Shown here one piece after another: positions 10,021 to 19,698 of a stretch of DNA of 64,000 nt (position 1 is its first letter; the number at the start of each line of letters is the position of its first letter). The stretch is taken from NCBI GenBank assembly GCA_028344675.1, contig JAOMBT010000002.1, positions 830-64,829 on the forward strand, read 5' to 3'. Origin of the DNA: Acidimicrobiaceae bacterium (lineage in GTDB: Bacteria; Actinomycetota; Acidimicrobiia; Actinomarinales; Actinomarinaceae). The translations under genes and the position numbers were made by a program. The notes beneath the pieces were generated by a model. That model was given only the letters and a program-made list of their open reading frames with translations, was not told the origin of the DNA and searched no databases.

Positions 10021-10728
10021 GAAAAGGTTCTGGCCTCCATCTAAAATAATTTCTGTGTTGACAATATTTTTATTCTCAATTAAAAACCTAATAGCTTTAT
10101 AAATATCCTCGGGAAAAATCCAAGTTTTGTTAGGCATTGTATTATTTAAAAAAGTAATTTCTTCTTTTTTATCTTTGAACTTTCTATTCCACACTGAATT
10201 TTCGTGCATTATGTTGCCCGGCAGAATTGAGTTTACTCTTATCCCATACTCAAGAAAATCTTTTGCTAAAATTCTAGAATAGTTTAATAATGCTGATTTT
10301 GTTTGTTTGTATTCCTCAGAACACTTAAAGTTTTCAAGTGCACAAATAGAATTTATAAAAATAAAGTTTTCAACTATTTGAAGCTCCGTAGGGTATTCTT
10401 TTAAAATTTCTATAAAATTTTTGGAAGTATATAAGTTTTGTTTCATAAGCTCTTCTTTTCTGTCCTCAAATTTTTCTTTATTTGAACTACCTTGACCTGC
10501 ATTAAAAATTATGTTTTTCGGCATAATTTCAGAGCTATGAAATAATTCAATCAATTTTTCTACCTCATTTTTGATGCTAAGATCACATAAAAAATCTGTA
10601 GTATTGCTTTCAGTTCTTGCAACTCCTAAGGAATTTAAATTATCTGATTCAAACAAGTTGTATAGATCCTTACCAAGACCCTTTGAACTACCTAAGATTA
10701 AAATGTCACTAATTTTAGAGTATTGCAT
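10009..10728 (-). CDS. SDR-family oxidoreductase (divergent)
   Basis: ILILGSSKGLGKDL glycine-rich N-terminus, and IRVNSILPGNI typical of the SDR C-terminal region. Convergent with, and overlapping, the previous SDR by 12 nt. Confidence 0.5.
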   Translation of the reverse strand: MQYSKISDILILGSSKGLGKDLYNLFESDNLNSLGVARTESNTTDFLCDLSIKNEVEKLIELFHSSEIMPKNIIFNAGQGSSNKEKFEDRKEELMKQNLYTSKNFIEILKEYPTELQIVENFIFINSICALENFKCSEEYKQTKSALLNYSRILAKDFLEYGIRVNSILPGNIMHENSVWNRKFKDKKEEITFLNNTMPNKTWIFPEDIYKAIRFLIENKNIVNTEIILDGGQNLFSPD

Positions 10729-11515
10729 TTTCTACAAATGTTTTATATTTAATCATTACATCTTTATCTTTCATGCCAGGTATTCTTGCAGCTTGAAGTA
10801 TTAAATTCTTTTCATAATTGAGTTTTTTTAATTCTTTCAATACATTTGTGATACTTGCATCTCCCTCTCCTAAAGGCACTGTTTTCCCTTGGAATAACCT
10901 ATCTTTAATATGAATATTTTCTATTAAGTCAAAATAATCATCAAATTCATTTTGAAAATTGTAGCCTTCGTAAGCGCTATTTCCAATATCATAATTTATT
11001 TTAAATATGTTTTTGTCGATAGAGTTAAAAAGCATTTTGATATTTTCAGAATTTAGATCAGATTCAATACATATTTTTATATTTTTTGGCACAATTTTTT
11101 GAATTTGTTCAAATATATGTATTTGATTTTTTATTTCAAGATTTTTTAAAGTCATTTTTTCTAGTAATGGTAAAACATAAAGTGAAGTCTTTAATTGTGA
11201 CATTTTCATAAAAACACGCTCCATATGTTCAAGTATTTTCCCAGATAAAATATCAGACCTTTCATGTTGAAGAAAAAAGTCATCTGACACACTTCCAATG
11301 ACTATATTATTTTCATGTAAAATTTTATTTACATAATCATGGTTAAACAAGAATGGATTTGTTTTAATACTTTTTTTATCAAGTACCCATTCAATTATTT
11401 GGAAATTAAGTTTTTTTGCATAAACTAATTCCTCTTCCCAATGTTTGGATGGAAATTCTTGTATTTGCGCATGTAAAGGCTTCACCATCCTTCCTTGCAT
11501 AAAACCAATTTTCAT
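10715..11515 (-). CDS. Hypothetical protein; possibly a TIM-barrel sugar-phosphate isomerase/epimerase
   Basis: 266 aa. The N-terminus MKIGFMQGRM resembles xylose-isomerase-like TIM barrel proteins. Not verified. Sits inside the NeuB/NeuA block. Confidence 0.2.
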   Translation of the reverse strand: MKIGFMQGRMVKPLHAQIQEFPSKHWEEELVYAKKLNFQIIEWVLDKKSIKTNPFLFNHDYVNKILHENNIVIGSVSDDFFLQHERSDILSGKILEHMERVFMKMSQLKTSLYVLPLLEKMTLKNLEIKNQIHIFEQIQKIVPKNIKICIESDLNSENIKMLFNSIDKNIFKINYDIGNSAYEGYNFQNEFDDYFDLIENIHIKDRLFQGKTVPLGEGDASITNVLKELKKLNYEKNLILQAARIPGMKDKDVMIKYKTFVENAIL

Positions 11516-11811
11516 AAATCTTTAAAAAATATTTTATCGGAAATTCCCTTATCATCAACAAATATATCAGCGTCAGGTTTGCCAAATATTAATTCATTAT
11601 ATTTGACTCCCCAATCTTTTAACTGCTGTTTTGTTAGTTCAGTCCAATCAAGGTTTGTAGTACTACCTCTTGCTGTGAACAAAATTATTTTATGATCTTC
11701 AATGTATAGTTTGTTTACTAAGTTAATTCTGTCGACAAAAGGTTCAGCTTTTTCATAGTCTCCATTTGTATTTGTACAAATCGTTCCATCAATGTCGAAA
11801 CAATAATTCAC
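11512..11811 (-). CDS. Small capless HAD-superfamily phosphatase
   Basis: FDIDGTIC (motif I, DxDGT), FTARGS (motif II), GKP (motif III) and FVDDKG (motif IV) in only 99 aa. Translationally coupled to the neuB-like gene. Could be a sugar-phosphate phosphatase (GmhB-like, or a nonulosonate-9-P phosphatase). Confidence 0.55.
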   Translation of the reverse strand: MNYCFDIDGTICTNTNGDYEKAEPFVDRINLVNKLYIEDHKIILFTARGSTTNLDWTELTKQQLKDWGVKYNELIFGKPDADIFVDDKGISDKIFFKDL

Positions 11812-12671
11812 AACCAGTATCTTAATTTTTTAGCAATTATTTTTTCTTGATCGGTAATTAATTTAACACCATTACCAAGAACAACTGGTAATTTTTTGAC
11901 CATATCAACTAAGTTTTTGAGTCCAGAGCCTTCCAGTGAAGCTGCTTGGTCAGATCCATAAGAAGATCTATCTTTTGTAATATGTCTTTCAATAGCTGTT
12001 GCACCTAAGCATGCCGCAACTAATGATGGAGATACAGATGGCTCATGACCGGAGTAGCCAATTGGAAGGTCAAATTTTTCTTTTAACGTAACTATACAAT
12101 TCAGATTAAGATTTTCTTCAGGAGAGGGATATTCAGAATTAGTGTGCATTAATGTAATGGGGCAACTATTTTTTTTAAAAATATTTACAACATCTTCTAT
12201 TTCTTCAAGAGTTGTCATTCCAGTTGAGACGAAAGTTGGCTTACCTTCTTTGGCTACATGTTCAACAAACTCAAGATTAGTTGCCATTGCGGATGCAATT
12301 TTGTTATAAGGAACATTGAATTGCTTCAAAAAGTCATGACTTGGAATATCCCAAGCAGACGCAAACCAGATAATATCAATTTCCTTTGCATAAGAATCTA
12401 TCTCACGGTATTCTGACTCATTAAACTCAAGCCCTTCTTTTTGTTCTCGCTGGGTTGTACCCCAAGGGGATTCCCTACTCTCCTTTAGAAATTCTTTGGT
12501 GTAAACAATATCAATAGTTCTTTTTTGAAACTTTACAGCATCACAACCAGAATCTTTAGCCATCTTCATCAACTCTTTGGCTAATTTTAAATCTCCATTA
12601 TGATTTATCCCTATTTCAGCAATTATAAATATATCATGTCCAGTTGTTGAATCGTTATCAAACCCAATCAT
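11808..12671 (-). CDS. neuB: NeuB-family nonulosonic acid synthase (N-acetylneuraminate / legionaminate / pseudaminate synthase family), lacking the C-terminal SAF domain
   Basis: IFIIAEIGINHNGDLKLAKELMKMAKDSGCDAVKFQK is the hallmark NeuB TIM-barrel N-terminus. At 287 aa it is shorter than canonical NeuB (~340 aa), so the antifreeze-like SAF domain appears to be absent. Confidence 0.8.
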   Translation of the reverse strand: MIGFDNDSTTGHDIFIIAEIGINHNGDLKLAKELMKMAKDSGCDAVKFQKRTIDIVYTKEFLKESRESPWGTTQREQKEGLEFNESEYREIDSYAKEIDIIWFASAWDIPSHDFLKQFNVPYNKIASAMATNLEFVEHVAKEGKPTFVSTGMTTLEEIEDVVNIFKKNSCPITLMHTNSEYPSPEENLNLNCIVTLKEKFDLPIGYSGHEPSVSPSLVAACLGATAIERHITKDRSSYGSDQAASLEGSGLKNLVDMVKKLPVVLGNGVKLITDQEKIIAKKLRYWL

Positions 12672-12677
12672 AGATAT

Positions 12678-13796
12678 CTAGTTTCTTTCATTATTTTCTT
12701 TAATTATATGCGCAATAATATTTTTAGCACTTAAATCAGAATCTATATTTATAAATTTTTGTGCACCCAAAAGCTGCATGTCAAAAAGATTTCTCTGGTA
12801 ATTTAAATCATTATTTAATTTTGATATCTTTTTAAATAACTCATCGACATTCTTTACCAAGCTTTCGGGAGATAGGTACTCATTTTTATAATCATCAAAT
12901 GGCCAAATTACAGCATAAATTCTTCCTATTAATGAAACCTCATGAATAGATGAAGAAGGACCAGAGATAATACAATGATTTTCTCTAATATCACTTTCAA
13001 TATCAGTTTCATGTAATATATTTACATTTTTTAAACTTTTATATTTTTCGTAATCGCCAAAATTGTCTCTAGGGTGCACTTTTATATTTAATATGTAGTT
13101 ATCTGAAAGTGAGGAATTTATAATTTCCTCAATTATTTTTGACTGCCAAGAACTTTCCCAATCAACTTTGTGATAAGAAGCAGCAGAAGTCAAGAAAAGT
13201 AAGTTATTAATCTTTTGTGACCGGTGATTACTTGATGTTTTAAATGATGCAACAATGTTTGTATATCTTGGCACCCCATAATTGAAGATGATATTTTTTT
13301 TATTAGTAAAATTTTCGAGTTTAATTTTTGGACTTTCCCCAGTAGTAAAATATCCGTTTACATTATCCAGAAAGTTTTTCTTAGGTTGAAGTTCCTTTTG
13401 TGAGTTAAGGTATAAATAAATTTTCGCACCAGCTTCAATGAAGTATGTTTTTTTTGAGTTGTTTCTGAATTTTTTTGTTAAACGACCTTCATAAAATCCT
13501 CCAGGAGAAAATATGTATACATCAAAATATGTTCCGTAATATTTAATTTTTAAAAATTTAAAAAATAAAATTATTAACTTATTAAGTTTATTTAATTTTC
13601 TTATATTTTTAAAAACAGAACGCTCTTTGATTACTTTAATATTTTTCGGTATTTCTAAATTTGAAATTGGTTGGGCGTACATAGATCTTAAATCAAGCAA
13701 AGCTACTTCATTTATTTTATTTTCTGATAATAGTTTTGCAATGGGAAATATGTTTTCCAATCCTTGTTTGTTATGAAAGCTAATTAAATACTTCAT
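12678..13796 (-). CDS. Hypothetical protein; candidate GT-B-fold nonulosonic acid (sialic-acid-like) transferase
   Basis: 372 aa, no TM helices. Contains KVHPRDNF, an HP motif characteristic of bacterial sialyltransferase-like GT-B enzymes. It lies immediately upstream of neuB in the same operon. Weak evidence. Confidence 0.25.
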   Translation of the reverse strand: MKYLISFHNKQGLENIFPIAKLLSENKINEVALLDLRSMYAQPISNLEIPKNIKVIKERSVFKNIRKLNKLNKLIILFFKFLKIKYYGTYFDVYIFSPGGFYEGRLTKKFRNNSKKTYFIEAGAKIYLYLNSQKELQPKKNFLDNVNGYFTTGESPKIKLENFTNKKNIIFNYGVPRYTNIVASFKTSSNHRSQKINNLLFLTSAASYHKVDWESSWQSKIIEEIINSSLSDNYILNIKVHPRDNFGDYEKYKSLKNVNILHETDIESDIRENHCIISGPSSSIHEVSLIGRIYAVIWPFDDYKNEYLSPESLVKNVDELFKKISKLNNDLNYQRNLFDMQLLGAQKFINIDSDLSAKNIIAHIIKENNERN

Positions 13797-13834
13797 TTTT
13801 TTAATACTAATAGGTGTATAGTAAATAATATCTA

Positions 13835-14542
13835 ATGAACAATATTAACTCTATTGCGATTATTTTGGCTCGAGGTGGCAGTAAAGAAATTCCGAATAAA
13901 AATCTTGAGACTATCAATAATAAATCTCTTTTAGAAATTACAATTAATCAAATCAAACAAGAGGTAAATATTGATATATTTGTTTCTTCAGATTCAGAAA
14001 ATATTCTTGATCAAGCTTCCAATTTTAATTGTTTTCCAATTAAACGTCCTGATCACTTATCTGGAGATGAGAGTTTGTCAGAGGATGCAATACTACATGC
14101 TATTAATTTTATTGAAAAAAATTTTAATATTGAATTTAATACAATATTATTTCCACAATTAACTTCACCGCTTAGAAATAATAAAAATTTTAAAGAAGCT
14201 CTTGAATTATATGAAAATAAAAATTATGATTCTCTTTTTTCATCTAATGATGCAAGTGACTGTCTTTTGTGGAGTAAAGATAAAACCGGAAAGCTCATTG
14301 AGGTAAATTTTAATAATAAAGAGAGAACAAGAAGACAGGAAAAAGATTTACAATTAATTGAGAACGGCTCTTTTTATATTTTTGATAAAGATAAATTTAA
14401 GATTCATAAAACAAGATTATTTGATTCAATAGGTGAGTACAGGATGGAATCATGGCAAGTATTTGAAATTGACAATTTTGATGATTTAGAATTATGTAGA
14501 CACATATCTAAAATAAAGAATATTGATGGGATTTATGGATAG
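13835..14542 (+). CDS. neuA: CMP-nonulosonic acid synthetase (acylneuraminate cytidylyltransferase family)
   Basis: IAIILARGGSKEIPNKNL matches the CMP-NeuAc synthetase P-loop-like signature IPARGGSKGIPxKN. 235 aa. Confidence 0.8.
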   Translation: MNNINSIAIILARGGSKEIPNKNLETINNKSLLEITINQIKQEVNIDIFVSSDSENILDQASNFNCFPIKRPDHLSGDESLSEDAILHAINFIEKNFNIEFNTILFPQLTSPLRNNKNFKEALELYENKNYDSLFSSNDASDCLLWSKDKTGKLIEVNFNNKERTRRQEKDLQLIENGSFYIFDKDKFKIHKTRLFDSIGEYRMESWQVFEIDNFDDLELCRHISKIKNIDGIYG

Positions 14543-15512
14543 TAAAAGAAAAGTTTGGATAAATGGGCAACTTTTACCTGAGTCAGAGGCAAAAGTACCA
14601 ATTTATGATTCAGCACTAATGTTTGGTGATACAGTATTTGAGATGACAAGATCATTTAATAAAGAACACTTTCTATTAGATGAGCACATAGACAGGCTTA
14701 ATGCTTCTGCAGAGTTTGTAGAGATAAAAATGCCTTATACTAAAAATCAGATACTTGATGCAATTGAAGAAGTTACGGAATATCACAATAATATATTCAC
14801 TTCTGACGATGAACATAGGTTAATGATCAACCTTACAAGAGGTTTGTTGGGAATATATGAAAATAATGTAGATTTTCCCGTGAAAGGTCCTATTTTAACT
14901 ATTGCTAACTTCCCTCTAAAGTGGACTGTATCTGGAATGTCAGATTATTTTTTTAATGGTATTCATGCAGTTGTTTCTAATCAAAAAATGATTCCAGATT
15001 TTCTGCTTAATGCAGCAGTAAAAAACAGAAGCAGACTTCATTATATGATGGCAAATATTGATGTGTCTAAAATGAATTTAGAGAGAGCGTGGGCATTATT
15101 AGAAGATTTAGAAGGGAATATCTGCGAAGGGACTGGTTCAAATATTTTTTTTGTTAAGAATGACGAAATTTTTACTCCAAAACCAAAAAATATGTTGAGA
15201 GGGATATCTAGGCAGTATGTTATTGACTTGGCCAGAAAAAATAATATCAACGTATACGAGGAAGACATAAAAGAAGAAGATTTTTCAAGTTTTTCTGAAG
15301 CTTTCTTTACTGCTACACCCTTCTGTATGGTTCCATGTTTTAAACTAAATGACCACATTTTAGACTTTCGACCTGAAGGTGGAATATACAATAAGGTGCT
15401 TTCTTTATGGTCTAATGAGGTTAGTGTAGATATTGAAAAACAAATAGTAAATTGGAATAAAGAAAAAGATTATTCTGGAAATAACTCAACCCCCTATAAG
15501 TTTAAAAACTAA
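14523..15512 (+). CDS. Aminotransferase class IV (BCAT / D-amino-acid aminotransferase fold)
   Basis: WINGQLLPESEAKVPIYDSALMFGDTVFEMTRSFNKEHFLLDEHIDRLNASAEF is a fold-type IV PLP enzyme N-terminus. Overlaps neuA by 20 nt. Confidence 0.65.
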   Translation: MMGFMDSKRKVWINGQLLPESEAKVPIYDSALMFGDTVFEMTRSFNKEHFLLDEHIDRLNASAEFVEIKMPYTKNQILDAIEEVTEYHNNIFTSDDEHRLMINLTRGLLGIYENNVDFPVKGPILTIANFPLKWTVSGMSDYFFNGIHAVVSNQKMIPDFLLNAAVKNRSRLHYMMANIDVSKMNLERAWALLEDLEGNICEGTGSNIFFVKNDEIFTPKPKNMLRGISRQYVIDLARKNNINVYEEDIKEEDFSSFSEAFFTATPFCMVPCFKLNDHILDFRPEGGIYNKVLSLWSNEVSVDIEKQIVNWNKEKDYSGNNSTPYKFKN

Positions 15513-16711
15513 CTTTTTACATTTTTAAATCTTAAACTACAAACAAAAATGATTACTAGAAAAGGTTCAATTAAAACTCTAGTTCTTGAATTCCCAAATG
15601 GTAATATTGATGAGACCACTATATATCCAACCGTTATTAGCAAAAGGCTCAATAAAAAATCACTTTTATTTTTACTAAGAACCATCCTCAATAATGAAAA
15701 ATTGATTAATGATACATAAATTAGTGAAAATAATCTAATAGATAAATATACGTAATTGTTATCACTAATACTTTCCCAATTTGATCCCCTAATTCCGAAC
15801 ATATTCCATACAGTACTTCTTGATATTGAAAGTAACTTACAGTGAACATTTTTAAAAAATCCAATTTTGGAGTCTAGTTTTAATTTATTTATCAAAATTT
15901 TAGAATCACTTTGCTTAGATAAGTTATTTTCTAATAGCCAGTTTTCAAAAACATACCCCGGTTCTGAAACTTCTAACTCATTAAAATCATAATTTTTGCA
16001 AATATTATTACTTGCTGTATTGAACCATTGCATGTGGAATGAACTGCTAGTTGAGTAAAAACTAGTTTCATACTGTATATAATTATTCACATAAACAGAA
16101 CCAATTAAAATTACAGGAAATAAAGCAATTTTAAAATAGTTAGTCAGTTTTTTATTTCTTCTAAGAATTAAAAGTATTAAATAAAAAAACACCACATAAA
16201 GGCCTAAGGGTTTAATTATTCCAAGCAAACCTACCGAAAGACCACTAAATGTATATTTTTTTTCATCAAAAAAATAAAAAGATGTAAACAATAATGTTGT
16301 CGATATACTTTCTGTCATGATTTGTGTAGAGCTAATTAGAGAATTTGGATTAATTAAAAATATTATGCAACCAATGCAGGCAATAGTTGAATCATAATAT
16401 TTGAATAAAATTTTATAAATTAAGTATAGAGTCAGTAAGTCTGCAATAAAATTTACAAAAATTAATAGGTTAACATCAAAGATTTTATGAAATATATTTA
16501 TAAGTAGTGGGTAACCAGGCATTCTAAATGTACTTAGCCAATAATCGTTAAGATTATCATTTAAAAAGTAATATGAAATATTACTGGAAAGCTCTAAATA
16601 GTGATCTGAGTCTTTAGTAAGATATATTTTTTCTAATTTAGAAGCATAGATTAGAAATAAAAATCTAGAAAAAATCAGAAATGATATAGAAGTTTTTGTA
16701 ATTTTTTCCAT
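15509..16711 (-). CDS. Polytopic membrane protein; candidate O-antigen polymerase or GT-C-like glycosyltransferase
   Basis: 400 aa, ~10 helices. First-loop motif DSDHYLELSSNI resembles the ArnT/PMT DExxY..I pattern. Confidence 0.35.
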   Translation of the reverse strand: MEKITKTSISFLIFSRFLFLIYASKLEKIYLTKDSDHYLELSSNISYYFLNDNLNDYWLSTFRMPGYPLLINIFHKIFDVNLLIFVNFIADLLTLYLIYKILFKYYDSTIACIGCIIFLINPNSLISSTQIMTESISTTLLFTSFYFFDEKKYTFSGLSVGLLGIIKPLGLYVVFFYLILLILRRNKKLTNYFKIALFPVILIGSVYVNNYIQYETSFYSTSSSFHMQWFNTASNNICKNYDFNELEVSEPGYVFENWLLENNLSKQSDSKILINKLKLDSKIGFFKNVHCKLLSISRSTVWNMFGIRGSNWESISDNNYVYLSIRLFSLIYVSLINFSLLRMVLSKNKSDFLLSLLLITVGYIVVSSILPFGNSRTRVLIEPFLVIIFVCSLRFKNVKS

Positions 16712-16816
16712 CTAGTAAGTATAAATTTATACATAAAAATTCTCCTATAAAAATGAATACAATATAAGTAAACAACCTTATAGTTTTACGGTTTTAGTAC
16801 TAGAATTACCAAAATA

Positions 16817-18478
16817 ATGAACAAAATTTTAAAAATTGCGATTATTGTTGATGATTTGTTTATTTCTGACTACATTGCTGATTTAATTACCTGGTCAGAA
16901 AATATTGATTGTATTGATATCTCAAACTTCGTATATCTAGTTAATGATAAAGAAGATAGATTACCAAAGAAATCCAGACTGCAAAAGATACTCTCTATGG
17001 ATTTTTGGAAACAATATCCAAGAAGAAGACTTAAAAATTTTATTGTTTCACTTGAAAAAAAGAGAAATTTAAAAAATAATAAAATTCATCAAAATTCAGT
17101 TGATAAACATAATTTATACAATTTTGGATTGAAAAAGATAGAAGTACATCAGGAACCAACAAAATCTAAAGTGTCATTTAGAGCTACCCAAAAATCTTTA
17201 GATCTTTTAAAGAAGGAACAATTTGATCTTTTTATTCGATTTAATAAAAAAATAATAAGAGGCGATCTTTTGACGGTTTCAAATTTTGGCATTCTTTCAA
17301 TGCATCATGGAAGCGATCTTAACTATAGAGGTGGCCCATCAGGTTTTTGGGAGGTTTATAATAGTGATAATAAGTCTGGATATATTATCCAACAACTTAC
17401 TGAAGAGCTAGATAATGGAAATATATTATTTAGAGGTTTTATCCCAACTCAAAAATCTTGGCTATTAAATAAGTCAGAATTAAATATAAGATCTTTTTTC
17501 TATCTTAAAAAAATAATTTTTGAGATAAGCAAAGCGCACGAACTTCCTAATTTTTTGGTCAATGTTCCATATTCAAAGAGTTTGAATAAAGATCCAACAA
17601 TTTTTGTGATGATCAAGTATTTATTTAAAAAACTTAAAAACAAACAAGACTCAAAAAAATTTAAAAATGCTGATAATAGATATCTAGTTGGTTATCAGGA
17701 GGGAGAGTGGGGAAGCTTGAACTATCGAAATGCTAATTTTATCAAGAATCCAGATAACAAATTTTTAGCTGATCCATTTATAATTTCAAAAAATCATAAA
17801 AACTATTGTTTTTTAGAATCGTACGATTACTTTTTGGATAAAGGAACCATAGATGTTTATGAACTCACGAGCGGTAATAGTGAATTTTTAGGCACTGCCA
17901 TTGAAGAAGAGTTTCATTTGTCATTCCCATATTTGCTTGAGACAGAAAACGAAATATATTTAATTCCTGAAAGTTCAAAAAATAGGGATATAAGAATATA
18001 TAAGTCAATTGACTTTCCACTAAAGTGGAAATTGGAAAACGTAATAATAGATGATATCGATGCTTCGGATTCTATAATTTTTCACCGAGATAATTTATGG
18101 TGGCTACTAACCAATGTTGATGAACTAGGTTTAGGAGATCATAATTATCAAATGAATATTTACTATTCTGATAATTTATTATCACAAGATTGGAAACCAC
18201 ATAATTTAAATCCGATTATATTAAATCCCTCCTATGGACGTAATGGAGGTTTTTTAAAAAAAGGCGATAACTTGTATAGGGTTGCACAAAAATATGGCTT
18301 CAATCAAAAGTATGGCGAAGGAATTTCAATTAGAAAAATTCAAGAGATAACAAAAAATTCTTATGTGGAGGAAGAAATTGCTTCATATGTTGATTTTTAT
18401 GATGACAGTATTCTTGGAACTCATCATTTGTCATCAAATAATATTTTTACAGTATTTGATATCTGGAAAAGTCCATAA
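16817..18478 (+). CDS. Formyltransferase-domain protein fused to a ~300 aa C-terminal domain of unknown function
   Basis: ILSMHHGSDLNYRGGPSGFWEVYNSDNKSGYIIQQLTEELDNGNILFRG aligns with the PurN/Fmt core LNIHPSLLPKYPGLHTHRQAL...GTSVHFVTDELDGGPVILQ. The catalytic Asn is replaced by Ser (SMH instead of NIH). The C-terminal 300 aa are unrecognised. Confidence 0.5.
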   Translation: MNKILKIAIIVDDLFISDYIADLITWSENIDCIDISNFVYLVNDKEDRLPKKSRLQKILSMDFWKQYPRRRLKNFIVSLEKKRNLKNNKIHQNSVDKHNLYNFGLKKIEVHQEPTKSKVSFRATQKSLDLLKKEQFDLFIRFNKKIIRGDLLTVSNFGILSMHHGSDLNYRGGPSGFWEVYNSDNKSGYIIQQLTEELDNGNILFRGFIPTQKSWLLNKSELNIRSFFYLKKIIFEISKAHELPNFLVNVPYSKSLNKDPTIFVMIKYLFKKLKNKQDSKKFKNADNRYLVGYQEGEWGSLNYRNANFIKNPDNKFLADPFIISKNHKNYCFLESYDYFLDKGTIDVYELTSGNSEFLGTAIEEEFHLSFPYLLETENEIYLIPESSKNRDIRIYKSIDFPLKWKLENVIIDDIDASDSIIFHRDNLWWLLTNVDELGLGDHNYQMNIYYSDNLLSQDWKPHNLNPIILNPSYGRNGGFLKKGDNLYRVAQKYGFNQKYGEGISIRKIQEITKNSYVEEEIASYVDFYDDSILGTHHLSSNNIFTVFDIWKSP

Positions 18479-18515
18479 ATCAGTGAATATTGTAGTAAGT
18501 ATATTTCTATACTGA

Positions 18516-19470
18516 ATTAGGGGGTATTATTTCTTATTTAAGTAGAGCTATTATTTTTGAAAAAGAATTATTAAATAGTTTTGGAGTAAACAATATTAAT
18601 TTAATTGATGTTGGTTCTTCATTTAACCTTTTTGAGCCATTTAACCATATTGAATATAGTTGGAGGAAAGATTTAAAAATCTTATGTTTTGAACCAAATG
18701 AAGAAACTGACATAGTATCTTCAAAAGCAACAAGAATAAATATTAACAATGCCTTATGGAGCAATGAGCAAAAAATTAATTTCCATATTGCTAAAGAAAA
18801 AAGTAAGTCATCTGTTCACCCTCCTAATATTGAACTAATCAAAAAATTTAGTGATGAAAATTGGATTGAACGTGTGACAGATAAAACTGTTGAAATTGAT
18901 GCCGTGACTTTAGATAGTGTTATAAATCAATATAAATTTGAAGCGGATTTTATCAAAATTGACACACAGGGCTCGGAGTATGAGATCTTAGAAGGAGCCA
19001 AGAAATCAATATCCAAAGGTATTTTTGGAGCTTTACTTGAAACATGGTCATATCCATTTCACCAGGATCAAAAACTTATTTATGATGTTATGAAAATTAT
19101 GGATGATAATGGATATTTTCTTGTTGATTTGAATAAAGGTGGTTACTATCGTCGAAAAACAGTTCAAAATTCTACTTTATTTCTTGGTCAGATAGGTCAA
19201 CTTGACCTACTCTACTTTGAAACTTTTGAAAAATTTACGTCTACTGATAAATCGAATGAAAAGATAGTTAAGGCTGCATGTCTAGCTGACTTATATGGAA
19301 TGACTGATTATTCAGTTGAGTTACTAAATCATTACGGTAATTTTACTGAGCTAATTGAACAAATTTTAAAAAAAAGAAAAACACTCATAAAAAATGTTGA
19401 AAATCAATGGAGAGTTGAAAAGATAAAAAATCTTTTAAAATTTCAACCAAGAACTCCACCACTTCATTGA
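18516..19470 (+). pseudogene. FkbM-family methyltransferase, apparently frameshifted near 18597-18606 and lacking a canonical start
   Basis: Frame 0 reads ...FEKELLNSFGVNNINFN* and frame +1 continues (T)ILILIDVGSSFNLFEP...NALWSNEQKINFHIA...DFIKIDTQGSEYEILEGAKKSI. Together they give a typical FkbM N-terminus (LL..G...I.DVG) and the IKIDVEG motif. There is no ATG/GTG/TTG between the upstream stop (18513) and the motif. The listed ORF 18874..19470 is only the 3' part. Confidence 0.45.
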
Positions 19471-19698
19471 TTTTACAATTTTTGGTTCATTTCAATTTCA
19501 AATTAGCATCTATTTGTGGCATTCGTTGCAAGTTCAACATATGTAGTTGTGTTCGATAGAGACTCTTCACCTAACTCTATATAGTAAGGATCAACTGTTT
19601 CCAATCCTTGAACTTACATTTTTATTTGAAAAAAACACCTTCAGAATTGGCTAAGGAATCTAAATTTCCAGCTATTCTGTAATTTTTTGGTATTTAAT

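Noticed and set aside
10571-15391. Short overlapping ORFs 10571..10804(+), 11495..11695(+), 13971..14162(+), 15041..15391(-)
   Set aside because: They lie entirely inside well-supported genes on the opposite strand or in another frame. Their composition reflects AT-rich antisense and shows no motifs.
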